Below are positions 38,782 to 49,171 of a stretch of DNA of 64,000 nt, one piece after another. Source of the DNA: an uncultured Acidobacteriaceae bacterium (GTDB lineage: Bacteria > Acidobacteriota > Terriglobia > Terriglobales > Acidobacteriaceae). The DNA lies in NCBI GenBank assembly GCA_963746665.1, contig CAVVBW010000003.1, positions 325,022-389,021 of the forward strand, in the 5' to 3' direction. The notes beneath the pieces were generated by a model. The model was given only the letters and a program-made list of their open reading frames with translations, did no database searches and was not told where the DNA came from. Both the position numbers and the translations under genes were made by a program. Positions within the stretch are counted from its first letter, which is position 1. The number at the start of each line of letters is the position of its first letter.

Positions 38782-40281
38782 TTGCGACGCAAGCGGCACC
38801 GAAAGAGCGTCAATACCATCTTATTGGATGCCATCTTAGAGGGTGATTCGCCTTTGGCTCGGTCACGAATAACTCGTAGAGACCTTCTCCGCCAAGCGGG
38901 CGCTACCGGCGCGCTGGCCTTGGGATATCCACTCCTGGGGGGCGCTGCGGGAGCGCAAAACCAACAGACCGCGCCTCCAACCAATGCGCCTGGCCCCAAG
39001 CCGGAGAGCCAGGCGGCGGAGCAGTATGCCCACCCGCCCGGCGTCTTTATCAATCGCCCGCTCACCCAGGTTTCGAAAGCGGCCGAAGCGCTTTTGGACG
39101 ATATGGAAGGGCGGAACTGCGATTTTTTTTGGAACGAAGCCAGCCCCCGGACCGGCTTGGTTCGGGACCGGGCGCCTTGGACGGGGCGCTCATTGAGCAG
39201 GGTCGCCAGCATCGCGGCCACGGGATTCGGGCTGAGCGGGTTGTGCATCGCCGCCAAGCGCAATTATCTGCGGCCGTCCGATTGCGAGGCACGAGCGGAA
39301 ATGACGCTGGCTTTCCTGCTCGAAGAGTGTCCCCACGAGCATGGGTTTCTCTACCACTTCATCGATATCGAAAGCGGGCAGCGGCTCTTCGGCAGCGAGT
39401 TGTCATCGATCGATACGGCGCTGTTGCTGTGTGGCGTGCTGCACTGCCGGCAATATTTCACGGGAAATTCACGGGTTCAGGCGCTGGCGACGACCTTTTA
39501 CCGCCGCATCGACTGGCAGTGGATGATGAATGGCGGCACGACGCTTTCCATGGGTTGGCTGCCGGACCAGGGATTTCTCAATCATCGCTGGGACATCTAC
39601 TCCGAGCTCACGACGATGTACCTGATGGCGATCGGCTCGCCTACCCACCCGGCCCCGCCCGCGACATGGGATTCGGTGCAGCGGCCCATTGTGTCTTATG
39701 GCGGAATCGACTACATCAGTGGCGTGGCGCCGCTTTTTATTCACCAATATTCCCAGGCCTGGTGCGATTACCGGGATGTGCGCGACCGGCACGCCAACTA
39801 CTTCACCAACTCCATTGCAGCGACCCGCGCGCACCAGTTGTGGTGCCTGGTGCTGGGTCAGAAATTCCCCTGGATCGATCAGGATATGTGGGGCATTTCC
39901 GCATCGGATTCGCGGCAGGGTTATCGGGTGTGGGGCGGACCGCCCTCGATGGGCCCAATCGATGGCACCCTGGTGCCTTGCGCCACCGCGGGGTCTTTGG
40001 TTTTTCTGCCCGCCGAATGCACCCATGTCTTGTTGACCATGCGGGAACGCTTTGGAGATAAGCTCTACGGGCGTTACGGCTTTGCCGACGCCTTTCAACC
40101 GCGCGCCGGATGGTTTGGCGACGACGTAATAGGGATCGATGTGGGGATCGGCTTGCTGATGGCGGAAAACCTGCGCAGCGGCTTTGTATGGGAATACTTC
40201 ATGAAGAACCGGGAGATCGCCCACGCCATGCAAGAGGTGGCCTTCCATCCGGATCCCGACGTGAATTCCCAAATTCTCTAA
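38782..40281 (+). CDS. Tat-exported glucoamylase-family / beta-1,2-glucanase-like (GH144-like) glycoside hydrolase
   Basis: Twin-arginine signal SRITRRDLLRQAGATGALALG. NCDFFWNEASPRTGLVRDR resembles that family from memory. The exact start is uncertain (TTG candidates 38782-38851). Confidence 0.65.
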   Translation: MRRKRHRKSVNTILLDAILEGDSPLARSRITRRDLLRQAGATGALALGYPLLGGAAGAQNQQTAPPTNAPGPKPESQAAEQYAHPPGVFINRPLTQVSKAAEALLDDMEGRNCDFFWNEASPRTGLVRDRAPWTGRSLSRVASIAATGFGLSGLCIAAKRNYLRPSDCEARAEMTLAFLLEECPHEHGFLYHFIDIESGQRLFGSELSSIDTALLLCGVLHCRQYFTGNSRVQALATTFYRRIDWQWMMNGGTTLSMGWLPDQGFLNHRWDIYSELTTMYLMAIGSPTHPAPPATWDSVQRPIVSYGGIDYISGVAPLFIHQYSQAWCDYRDVRDRHANYFTNSIAATRAHQLWCLVLGQKFPWIDQDMWGISASDSRQGYRVWGGPPSMGPIDGTLVPCATAGSLVFLPAECTHVLLTMRERFGDKLYGRYGFADAFQPRAGWFGDDVIGIDVGIGLLMAENLRSGFVWEYFMKNREIAHAMQEVAFHPDPDVNSQIL

Positions 40282-40323
40282 CCCAAATTTAACCCACGTC
40301 AGCCAAATCGGGAGGCCGAGAGT

Positions 40324-42753
40324 ATGCATGACTTGTCCGCGAGTTATCGCCTGATTGAGGGGCAAGGGGCGGCCTTTGGCGCGCCCGGAGTGGAGCCGCG
40401 CTGGAGCTCGAGCAAGAAAGACCTGGTGGGGACCGCATATTCGGCCTCGAGCCGCATTTGGTATACGATCTCGCACGGCATTCTGAATGAAATTTACTAT
40501 CCCACGATCGATCGGCCGCAGACGCGCGATATGGAGTTTCTGCTTACGGACGGCGAAACCTTCTTTCACGAGGAAAAGCGCGATCTCGACCGGCAGTTTG
40601 AATATATCGATCCGGCTGCGTTGGCCGTGCGCTTGATCAATCGCGACCCTCAAGGCCGTTACACGCTCACCAAGGAGATCATCTCCGATCCCCACCATTC
40701 GGTGGTCCTGACCCGGGTGCGCCTGAGCGGCGACGAGCAACTGCTTTCGCGCATGAAGGTCTACGCGCTCCTGGCCCCACATCTCGAAGTTGGCGGTGCG
40801 GGCAACTCCGGCGCGACGCTCGACGTGGCGGGCAAACGTGTGCTGGTGGCATGGAAGAACGGTACTTCGCTTGTGATGGCAGCCAATTGTGGCTTTACGC
40901 GATCCAGTTGCGGCTACGTGGGCGCGAGCGATGGCTGGCAGGACCTGGCGAGCAACTACCAGATGGATTGGCAGTTCGGCTACGCGCTCAACGGCAATAT
41001 CGCGCTGACCGGGGAGATTGACGTGAGTGCCTGCCGCGAGTTTGTTGTGGCCATCTCCTTTGGTCAAGGACACCATGCGGCGCTCACCACCGCATTGGGG
41101 GCGCTCGACGCGTCCTTCGATCGGAGCTTGACGCGCTTTATCGAGCAGTGGCGCCGCGTTGCCTTGCCCGCCGCCTTGAAGCCCGCGGCAGGGGATGGAG
41201 GCAAGCTGCTCGATATCAGCTACAAAGTGATCCTGGCGCACGAAGACAAAGAGTATCCCGGCGCTTTCATCGCTTCGGCCTCCATCCCCTGGGGTCAGTC
41301 CAAAGGGGATGACGACCTGGCAGGCTATCACCTTGTTTGGACCAGAGACATGGTGCAAAGCGCTACATCGCTCCTTGCCTGCGGCAGTTTGGACACGCCT
41401 CGGCGGGCCCTGGTGTATCTGGCCTGCACGCAGAAGCCGGATGGAAGCTTCGCGCAAAATTTCTGGATCGATGGAACTCCCTATTGGGTAGGCGTTCAGC
41501 TCGATGAGGTCGCCTTCCCGGTGATTCTGGCGTGGCGCTTGTGGAAGCACCAGGGGCTCGATGGATTCGAGATCCTACCGTTTGTCGAACGCGCCGCTGG
41601 ATTCCTCGTGCGGCATTCGCCCGTGACGGAGCAGGAGCGCTGGGAGGAAGCCGCCGGCTATTCACCGTCGACCTTGGCCGCGGTCATCTCCGCTTTGATT
41701 TGCGCCGCCGAGATTGCGCGGGACAGTGGGGCTCATGAGATCGCCGAGTTCCTCGAAGAACACGCCGACTGGATTCAAGCGCACCTCGAAGATTGGATGG
41801 TCACCAACGATGGCGTGCTGCTGCCGGGCGTGAAACGGCACTATATGCGTATCCGCCCTCCGGAGCGCGGAGAGCCATATGCGCATGAGGACGCCGGACG
41901 GGAGATCGTCGTTCTCAACAATCAGCCGCCGGGAGAAAGGTTTGAGTATGAGGCGCGGGAGGTGATCGACGCGGGCTTCCTTGAGTTGGTGCGCTACGGC
42001 GTGCGCCGGGCGGACGACCCTCTGGTCGTCGATTCGCTCAAGGTTGTAGATCATCTCCTCAAGGTGGATACCCCAAGGGGACCTTGCTGGAGACGTTACA
42101 ACCACGATGGGTATGGACAGCGTGCCGATGGGGGACCGTTTACCGGTTTTGGCAAAGGAAGGGCATGGCCGCTCTTGACCGGAGAACGCGGGCACTACGA
42201 GCTGGCCGCCGGCCACGATGTGAAGCCCTTCATCTCAGCGCTTGAGCGCTTCAGCTCGATCGGAGGAATGCTGCCTGAGCAGGTTTGGGATGAAGCCGGC
42301 CGGCCGAGCCGTGGATTGACGTTGGGCGATCCCGTCGGATCGGCGATGCCCCTGGTTTGGGCGCACGCGGAGTACATCAAGCTACTGCGATCGGCCACCG
42401 ATGGCGCGGTCTTCGATCGGATTGAAGCGGTCGAGAAACGCTATGCGCTTGGCCGGCGGGAGAATGCAGTCGAGATCTTCACCATGGCTCGACAGATTAC
42501 GCAAATGACCGCGGGCAAGCGCTTGCGGGTGTTGGGGTTGGAACAGTTTCGCCTGGTATGGAGCGCGGACGACTGGGAAACGGCGCGCTCGACGGAGAGC
42601 CGCAATCTGGGCAGCGTTGGCCACTTCGCCGACATCCCGACCAGGCCAGGGCAGCTAGGCCGCATCTCATTTACAGTCGAATGGCTGGCTCAGGAGCGCT
42701 GGGAAGGCACGAATTTCGACGTGGAGTTCGAACCCCCGGACAGTGAAATGTAA
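40324..42753 (+). CDS. glycoside hydrolase family 15 (glucoamylase/glucodextranase-like) with C-terminal beta-domain
   Basis: 809 aa. N-terminal GAPGVEPRWSSSKKDLVGTAYS and catalytic-domain WEE.. and LPEQVWD-type motifs. GGGAGG SD lies 8 nt before the ATG. Confidence 0.8.
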   Translation: MHDLSASYRLIEGQGAAFGAPGVEPRWSSSKKDLVGTAYSASSRIWYTISHGILNEIYYPTIDRPQTRDMEFLLTDGETFFHEEKRDLDRQFEYIDPAALAVRLINRDPQGRYTLTKEIISDPHHSVVLTRVRLSGDEQLLSRMKVYALLAPHLEVGGAGNSGATLDVAGKRVLVAWKNGTSLVMAANCGFTRSSCGYVGASDGWQDLASNYQMDWQFGYALNGNIALTGEIDVSACREFVVAISFGQGHHAALTTALGALDASFDRSLTRFIEQWRRVALPAALKPAAGDGGKLLDISYKVILAHEDKEYPGAFIASASIPWGQSKGDDDLAGYHLVWTRDMVQSATSLLACGSLDTPRRALVYLACTQKPDGSFAQNFWIDGTPYWVGVQLDEVAFPVILAWRLWKHQGLDGFEILPFVERAAGFLVRHSPVTEQERWEEAAGYSPSTLAAVISALICAAEIARDSGAHEIAEFLEEHADWIQAHLEDWMVTNDGVLLPGVKRHYMRIRPPERGEPYAHEDAGREIVVLNNQPPGERFEYEAREVIDAGFLELVRYGVRRADDPLVVDSLKVVDHLLKVDTPRGPCWRRYNHDGYGQRADGGPFTGFGKGRAWPLLTGERGHYELAAGHDVKPFISALERFSSIGGMLPEQVWDEAGRPSRGLTLGDPVGSAMPLVWAHAEYIKLLRSATDGAVFDRIEAVEKRYALGRRENAVEIFTMARQITQMTAGKRLRVLGLEQFRLVWSADDWETARSTESRNLGSVGHFADIPTRPGQLGRISFTVEWLAQERWEGTNFDVEFEPPDSEM

Positions 42754-42826
42754 GTGAAATCAAAAGACGGAACAAAGACGGAACTGGGACCCGCAAGGAT
42801 TCATGAAATGGAGCGATGATCTATTT

Positions 42827-44848
42827 ATGAGCGAACTCGATCAACTGTCGATAAACACTTTGAGGTTCCTGGCCGTCGACGCAGTGGAAAAAGCCGATAG
42901 CGGCCATCCGGGCGCGCCCCTTGGCGATTCTCCGATCGCCTATCTGCTTTTCCACAAATACATGCGCCACAACCCGAAAAACGCGAAATGGAGCAATCGG
43001 GATCGCTTCGTTCTTTCGAACGGGCACGCCTCGGCCTTGCTCTATGGCGTGCTGCACCTTACCGGCTACAAGGTCTCGATCGAAGATCTTCAACAGTTCC
43101 GCCAATACGGATCGAATACTCCCGGACACCCCGAGTGGCGGGATACGGATGGCGTCGAGGTGACGACAGGCCCACTAGGCCAGGGTTTCGCGATGGGCGT
43201 GGGAATGGCCATTGCCGAAAAACATCTGGCGGCCGTCTACAACAAGCCGGACATGAACATCGTGGACCATTACACTTATGCGCTCTGCGGCGACGGGGAT
43301 TTGATGGAAGGGGTCTCGCACGAGGCCGCTTCGCTTGCCGGTACGTTGGGCCTGGGCAAGATGATCTATCTCTATGACGACAATCTGGTCTCGCTCGATG
43401 GCCCGACGTCGCTCTCCTTCACAGAAGACGTGACCAAGCGCTTCGAGGGCTATCACTGGCATGTACAGATGGTCGAGGACGGCAACGACCTCGCCGCGAT
43501 TTCGAAGGCTATTGAGGCAGCCAAGGCGGTGACAGATAAGCCTTCGCTCATCCGCGTGCGCACCATCATCGGGTATGGAAGTCCCAAGGCGGGGACCAAC
43601 AAGGCGCACGGAGAGGCATTGGGCGCCGAAGCGGTGAAAGAGACCAAGAAAAATCTGAATTGGCCTGTGGACAAGACGTTTTACGTTCCCGATGAGGCAA
43701 AGAAGCACTGGCTGCGGGCCGTCGAAAAGGGCAAGAAATTCGAGGAGGAGTGGAACGAGCTCTTCGCGCGCTACAAGAAGTCCTACCCGGAACCGGCGGC
43801 GGAGTTTGAGCGCGTGCAATCGGGCAAACTGACCGAAGGTTGGGAGAAGAGTTTGCCTTCCTGGGCGCCCGACGCCAAGCCGATTGCCACGCGCAACGCC
43901 GGAGGCGCGGTGATGGATGCCATCGCCGGGGTTGTTCCGGAGTTGATCGGGGGCGCCGCGGATCTGACCACCTCGACGAAGACCATTCTGAAAGTGGGGG
44001 GCAACTTCCATGTCGATCCCACAGGCCGCAATATTTGGTTCGGAGTGCGCGAGTTCGGTATGTGCGCGGCGGTCAATGGCATGGCGGTCCATGGGGGTTT
44101 GATTCCCTATGGGTCCACCTTCTTTTGTTTCAGCGACTATGCCAAGCCCGCCATTCGCCTGGCTGCGTTGATGCATTCTCATTCCCTCTTCGTGTTTACG
44201 CATGATTCGATCGGGCTTGGAGAAGATGGGCCGACTCACCAGCCGATCGAACACTTGACCATGTTGCGCGCGGTGCCCTTTCTCACCGACTTCCGTCCGG
44301 CTGACGCCAACGAGACGGCTGCGGTATGGCGGCTCGCTCTCGAAAGAAGATCGCCTTCGTTTATGGCGCTCACCCGGCAGGTTCTGCCGGTTCTCGATGC
44401 TCAAAAGTACGGAATTGCCGAGGGCGTGCGCAGGGGTGCATATATCCTCGAAGACGGCGGCCAGTCGCCCGATTTGCTGTTGCTCGCGACCGGTTCCGAG
44501 GTATCGCTGATTCTCAGCGCCGCGAAGGAGCTGATGAAACAAGGCATCGTCGCGCGTGTAGTATCGATGCCCAGCTTCCGGATCTTTGAAGAGCAATCCC
44601 AGAGTTATCGAGATGAGATATTCCCCGACCGCCTGCCCAAGCTCGCGGTCGAGGCAGGCGCGCCCCTGTGCTGGTGGAAGTACGTTGGGCGCCACGGAGA
44701 TGTGATTGGACTCGAACGCTTCGGCGCATCGTCCCCCGGCGCGAAGGTGCTTGAAGAGTTGGGCTTCAGCGTGGCCAACGTCACCCTGCGGGCAAGACAG
44801 CTCCTCGAGAGAACGCGGTTGAAAGATGTGGCCGCGGTGCCCAAATGA
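42827..44848 (+). CDS. tkt: transketolase
   Basis: SGHPGAPLG and [14 protein letters not shown] (TPP motif). ATG 42827 gives the normal distance to GHPG. ATG 42803 is the alternative. Confidence 0.95.
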   Translation: MSELDQLSINTLRFLAVDAVEKADSGHPGAPLGDSPIAYLLFHKYMRHNPKNAKWSNRDRFVLSNGHASALLYGVLHLTGYKVSIEDLQQFRQYGSNTPGHPEWRDTDGVEVTTGPLGQGFAMGVGMAIAEKHLAAVYNKPDMNIVDHYTYALCGDGDLMEGVSHEAASLAGTLGLGKMIYLYDDNLVSLDGPTSLSFTEDVTKRFEGYHWHVQMVEDGNDLAAISKAIEAAKAVTDKPSLIRVRTIIGYGSPKAGTNKAHGEALGAEAVKETKKNLNWPVDKTFYVPDEAKKHWLRAVEKGKKFEEEWNELFARYKKSYPEPAAEFERVQSGKLTEGWEKSLPSWAPDAKPIATRNAGGAVMDAIAGVVPELIGGAADLTTSTKTILKVGGNFHVDPTGRNIWFGVREFGMCAAVNGMAVHGGLIPYGSTFFCFSDYAKPAIRLAALMHSHSLFVFTHDSIGLGEDGPTHQPIEHLTMLRAVPFLTDFRPADANETAAVWRLALERRSPSFMALTRQVLPVLDAQKYGIAEGVRRGAYILEDGGQSPDLLLLATGSEVSLILSAAKELMKQGIVARVVSMPSFRIFEEQSQSYRDEIFPDRLPKLAVEAGAPLCWWKYVGRHGDVIGLERFGASSPGAKVLEELGFSVANVTLRARQLLERTRLKDVAAVPK

Positions 44849-44882
44849 ATTTTCATCCCCCGCTCCCCGTTCGGTGCTGCCG

Positions 44883-45503
44883 ATGACGGAGGTGAACACA
44901 ATCCTTTTCGATGTTGGCGGTGTCCTGCTGACCAATGGTTGGGACCATGAGGAGCGTGCAGCGGTTCTCACGTACTTTTCCGTGGATCGCGCCGCGTATG
45001 AAGAGAGGCATGCTCCGGCGAATGACGCTTGGGAAAAAGGGTTGATCACGGCGGACGAGTTTCTCGAACGGACCGTCTTTTTCGAGCCGCGTCCCTTCAC
45101 TCCTGCTGACTTTCTCGCGCGAATGAAGGCTCAGTCGAAAGTGCTTCCTCACGGCGCATTGCGCATCCTTGGAGATCTCAGAGCATCTCACAAGATACAG
45201 TTGGCAATCCTGAACAACGAAGCCAGAGAACTGAACGACGACCGGATTGAGCGTTTTCTATTGAGAGAGTATTTCTCTGCGTTCTTCAGTTCTTGCTATC
45301 TCGGGCTGCGCAAGCCCGACGTCAGGATCTACCGGTTGGCGCTCGATGTGTTGCATCGTGAGGCGCGAGAAGTCATCTTCGTGGACGATCGGGAGGAAAA
45401 CTGCGCTGCCGCGGAAGAGATCGGGATTCACGGAATTCATTATCAGGATGAGGCCGGATTTAAGCGCGCGTTGGAAGGTTTCGGCATTCCCCTAGGCCGC
45501 TAA
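44883..45503 (+). CDS. HAD-superfamily hydrolase (phosphatase-like)
   Basis: ORF 44826-45503 trimmed to ATG 44883. Motif I-like ILFDVGGVLL and motif IV FVDDREEN. Confidence 0.75.
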   Translation: MTEVNTILFDVGGVLLTNGWDHEERAAVLTYFSVDRAAYEERHAPANDAWEKGLITADEFLERTVFFEPRPFTPADFLARMKAQSKVLPHGALRILGDLRASHKIQLAILNNEARELNDDRIERFLLREYFSAFFSSCYLGLRKPDVRIYRLALDVLHREAREVIFVDDREENCAAAEEIGIHGIHYQDEAGFKRALEGFGIPLGR

Positions 45504-45537
45504 GCAGGCTGTGGAAAAAATGCCGGCGTAATGAGCT

Positions 45538-45551
45538 ATGCGCTAGCGCAT
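45538..45551. promoter_or_regulatory. 14-bp perfect palindrome upstream of zwf (candidate operator)
   Basis: ATGCGCTAGCGCAT, 90 nt upstream of the zwf ATG. Confidence 0.3.
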
Positions 45552-45640
45552 TTTCACTTCAGGTGCATACGGGGTCTTGTATGCTGAGCTGTCCACTCAC
45601 TGGTTTTTCCCCACCCTGCTAGAGCAAGGAGCAAAGTCTT

Positions 45641-47176
45641 ATGGCGACGATGGAAATCAAACTTTCTCCGGAAGACGTGCAGGCTGCGCGCACTCCCGAG
45701 CACATTCCCGGGCCGACCTCGGTCGTCATCTTCGGCGCCTCGGGCGACTTGACCAAACGGAAGCTCCTGCCCGCGCTCTTTCATCTGGAACAGGCGCACT
45801 TACTGCCGGCGGAGTTTGCTGTGACCGGCGTCGCGCGGCGTCCGCTCGACGATGAATTCGCCAAAGACATGAGGGAAGGCATCATCGAGTTTGGCGCAGT
45901 AAAGCAGGACGACCCTCAGCTCGAGAGTTTCTTGAAGCGGGTGAACTACCATGCCATGAGTTTCGATGACGCCGAAGGCTACTCGAGCCTCGATGCCCTG
46001 CTCAAGAAGATCGACCAGGAGCAGGGCACCCAGGGTAACCGGCTCTTCTACCTGGCGACGGCGCCGGAGTATTTCTCGGGAATCGTTCGCCAGCTCGGCG
46101 CCCACGGCATGGCAAAGCCCCGGCAGGGCACGGTGCGCCTGATTATCGAAAAGCCATTCGGTCATGACCTGGAATCGGCGCGCGCCTTGAACGATGAAGT
46201 GAACCGTGTCTTCGACGAAGAACAGATCTTCCGTATCGATCATTACCTGGGCAAGGAGACTGTGCAGAACATCCTCGTCTTCCGCTTTGCCAACGGCATC
46301 TTCGAGCCCATCTGGAACCGGAACTATATCGATCACGTCGCAATCACCGCCGCGGAAGAGATCGGCATCGAGGGCCGCGGCCCGTTCTATGAGAAGGCGG
46401 GCGCGCTGCGCGACGTAGTGCAAAATCACATGATGGAACTGCTGGCGTTTGTCGCCATGGAGCCGCCAGTCTCCTTCGAGGCCGAGGCGATGCGCAGGGA
46501 GAGAGTAAAGGTTTGGCGCTCGGTTCAGCCGATTCATATTTTGGACACAGTCCGCGGTCAGTACGGTCGCAGCGTCGTGAATGGCGAAACCGTCAGGGGC
46601 TATCGCGAAGAAGAGCGCGTAAACCCGCGGTCGGTCACCGAAACCTATACCGCTCTCAAGCTGAGTATCGAGAACTGGCGATGGGCGGGCGTCCCGTTTT
46701 ATCTGCGGGCGGGCAAACGGATGGCCAAGCGGGAAACGGAAATTGTCATCGAATTCAAGCAGCCTCCTCAGCTGCTTTTTAAGAATCAGGAGGGCGCCTG
46801 CAAGGATCTGCAGCCGAACTTGATCGTCATGCGGATCCAGCCGGACGAAGGCGTTTCCCTGCGCTTCGGAACCAAAGTGCCCAGCCCGAATATGGAAGTT
46901 TGCCCGGTGCAGATGGAATTCAGTTATGCGAAGGCCTTCGGTCAGTCCTCCGCCAACGGATATGAGCGTCTGCTGCTCGACGCGATGCTCGGTGACGCGA
47001 CCTTATTTGCGCATCGCGATGGAGTGGAGGCGACCTGGGCGTTGATGACCCCGATTCTCACGCAGTGGGCGGCGAACAAACCGAGGGACTTTCCCAACTA
47101 TCTTGCCGGTACATGGGGGCCCAAAGCCGGCGATGACCTGTTGGCCCGGGATGGCCGCAGCTGGCGCAACCCCTAA
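45641..47176 (+). CDS. zwf: glucose-6-phosphate dehydrogenase
   Basis: IFGASGDLTKRKL and RIDHYLGKE motifs. AAGGAG SD. Confidence 0.95.
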   Translation: MATMEIKLSPEDVQAARTPEHIPGPTSVVIFGASGDLTKRKLLPALFHLEQAHLLPAEFAVTGVARRPLDDEFAKDMREGIIEFGAVKQDDPQLESFLKRVNYHAMSFDDAEGYSSLDALLKKIDQEQGTQGNRLFYLATAPEYFSGIVRQLGAHGMAKPRQGTVRLIIEKPFGHDLESARALNDEVNRVFDEEQIFRIDHYLGKETVQNILVFRFANGIFEPIWNRNYIDHVAITAAEEIGIEGRGPFYEKAGALRDVVQNHMMELLAFVAMEPPVSFEAEAMRRERVKVWRSVQPIHILDTVRGQYGRSVVNGETVRGYREEERVNPRSVTETYTALKLSIENWRWAGVPFYLRAGKRMAKRETEIVIEFKQPPQLLFKNQEGACKDLQPNLIVMRIQPDEGVSLRFGTKVPSPNMEVCPVQMEFSYAKAFGQSSANGYERLLLDAMLGDATLFAHRDGVEATWALMTPILTQWAANKPRDFPNYLAGTWGPKAGDDLLARDGRSWRNP

Positions 47177-47222
47177 AGCCGCAACCCCTAAAGCCGCAAC
47201 CCCTAAAGCCGCAACCCTAGAG
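47166..47222 (+). repeat. 15-bp tandem repeat, 3 full copies plus a partial
   Basis: GCAACCCCTAAAGCC at 47166, 47181 and 47196, then GCAACCCTAGAGC. The first copy contains the zwf stop codon. Confidence 0.95.
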
Positions 47223-47249
47223 CAATGATTCACACGTCTAATCATTCCC

Positions 47250-48044
47250 ATGGCTGAGAAGATAGAGGCTACCTATTTCGTCGATCGAACCGCCGAGGCG
47301 CTTGCCCACCGGACAGCCCGGTACATGGTGGACCGGGTGGTGGAGGCGGTCGCTGCCCGCGGGCGCGGACGCATTGCAATCTCTGGCGGCGGAACGCCGC
47401 GGCGCACCTTTGAGCTGCTCGCCGAGGCTCCCTATCGTGAGCAGATGCCGTGGGAAAACCTCGATCTTTACTGGGTGGATGAGCGCGCCGTGCCGCCCGC
47501 GAATGCGGACAGCAACTACCGCATGACCCGCGAGGCATTGCTCGACAAAGTGCCATTGCGCGAAGAGCAGATTTTTCGTATTCACGGAGAGCTCGATCCG
47601 GAAAAAGCCGCGGCGCAGTATGAGTCCGACATCCGCCGCGGCTTCCGCCTGGAGGGGGCGGAGAAGCCTGTCTTCGATTCGATCTCTCTTGGCATGGGGC
47701 CCGACGGGCACACGGCCTCGCTCTTTCCCCACACCGCCGCGCTCGATGAGATTGTGCGTATTGCCGTCGCCAACCACGTTCTTACCCAGAAAGATGCTTG
47801 GCGCGTAACGCTGACCTGGCCGGTCATCAACCAGGCGCGCGACGTCTTCTTCCTCATAGCCGGTGCGGACAAGGCGAAGCCGCTCGCGGGCGTTCTTTCG
47901 GGAGCCTACAATCCTCAGGAGCTGCCGTCGCAGCTGATTCGGCCTAAGAGCGGTCGCCTGACCCTGCTGCTCGATCAAGCTGCGGCCTCTCTTCTGCCGC
48001 AACCGGATGCGGACGGAGTGGGCAGACTGGGGATTGTCCGATGA
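47250..48044 (+). CDS. pgl: 6-phosphogluconolactonase
   Basis: ISGGGTP and LGMGPDGHTASLFP motifs. Confidence 0.9.
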   Translation: MAEKIEATYFVDRTAEALAHRTARYMVDRVVEAVAARGRGRIAISGGGTPRRTFELLAEAPYREQMPWENLDLYWVDERAVPPANADSNYRMTREALLDKVPLREEQIFRIHGELDPEKAAAQYESDIRRGFRLEGAEKPVFDSISLGMGPDGHTASLFPHTAALDEIVRIAVANHVLTQKDAWRVTLTWPVINQARDVFFLIAGADKAKPLAGVLSGAYNPQELPSQLIRPKSGRLTLLLDQAAASLLPQPDADGVGRLGIVR

Positions 48045-49099
48045 TTCTGGCGGGGGATGTCGGCGGTACGAAAGTTGAGTTGGCCCTGTACACGTTTGAA
48101 CGTGGGCAACTTGTGCAGCTCCATGAAGGGAAGTTCGCGGCAAAGGAGTTTTCCGGGCTCGAGCAGATTCTCAAGAAATTCCTTAAGGAAAGCGCGATCA
48201 CGACAGCCGAGCGGGCAAGTCTGGTCGCCGCTTGCTTTGGCGTGCCTGGCCCGGTGCGCCAAGGGCGGCTCAAGCTCACCAATCTTCCCTGGGAGCTCGA
48301 CAGCCGCCAGCTCGCGGCCGATCTCAAGATCGAACACGTCTATCTAATTAACGATCTCGAGGCCAACGGATATGGCATTGCCGAGCTGGCCCCGGAAAAA
48401 ATCTCTTTCCTGGCGAAGGGCGACCCGGGAGCCCGGGGAAATCGCGCATTGATGTCCGCCGGTACCGGTCTGGGCGAGGGCATGCTGATTTGGGATGGTC
48501 ATGTTCACGTTCCCACGGCCTCCGAGGGTGGACATGCGGATTTCGCCGCGCGGACGGACGACGAGATCGAGCTGCTGCGTTACCTGCGGAAAAAGCTCCA
48601 GGGACGGGTGAGCTACGAGCGCGTGATCTCCGGGATCGGCCTATCGAATATCTACTCGTTCTGCCGCGATGTGAAGCGGATGGAAGAGCCAGGCTGGCTG
48701 AAGGATCGGATGCTCAAGGAAGATCCGAATGCCGTAATTGGCGAGCTTGCCGTGGAAGGCGGCAATGATCTTTGCGTCAAAACGCTCGATATCTTTGTTT
48801 CCGCCTACGGAGCCGAAGCAGGTAACCTGGCGCTCAGAACCCTTGCCGTGGGCGGGGTCTATCTTGGCGGGGGGATCGTGCCCAAGATCCTGACAAAGAT
48901 GAAGGACGGCGCTTTCATGGCGGCGTTCGTGGATAAAGGGCGTCTCAGTGAGTTGCTGGTCAAGACCCCGGTGTGCATTATTCTCGACGACAAAGCGGCT
49001 TTGATCGGCGCCGCGGCTTATGCCGAAGCGCGCGCGGCCGCCATCAGCGGACACTCCGAACGCGCTGCCTCCTCGGCTGCGGACGTAGAGCCCTCTTGA
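48041..49099 (+). CDS. glk: glucokinase
   Basis: ILAGDVGGTKVELALY ATP-binding motif. ATGA overlap with the pgl stop. Confidence 0.85.
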   Translation: MILAGDVGGTKVELALYTFERGQLVQLHEGKFAAKEFSGLEQILKKFLKESAITTAERASLVAACFGVPGPVRQGRLKLTNLPWELDSRQLAADLKIEHVYLINDLEANGYGIAELAPEKISFLAKGDPGARGNRALMSAGTGLGEGMLIWDGHVHVPTASEGGHADFAARTDDEIELLRYLRKKLQGRVSYERVISGIGLSNIYSFCRDVKRMEEPGWLKDRMLKEDPNAVIGELAVEGGNDLCVKTLDIFVSAYGAEAGNLALRTLAVGGVYLGGGIVPKILTKMKDGAFMAAFVDKGRLSELLVKTPVCIILDDKAALIGAAAYAEARAAAISGHSERAASSAADVEPS

Positions 49100-49171
49100 C
49101 AACTCCCCGTCCTGGTCGCATCTTCGTTTCAACGCAATACAAAAGGAACACAAAGAGAGGGTTTGCTCGAT

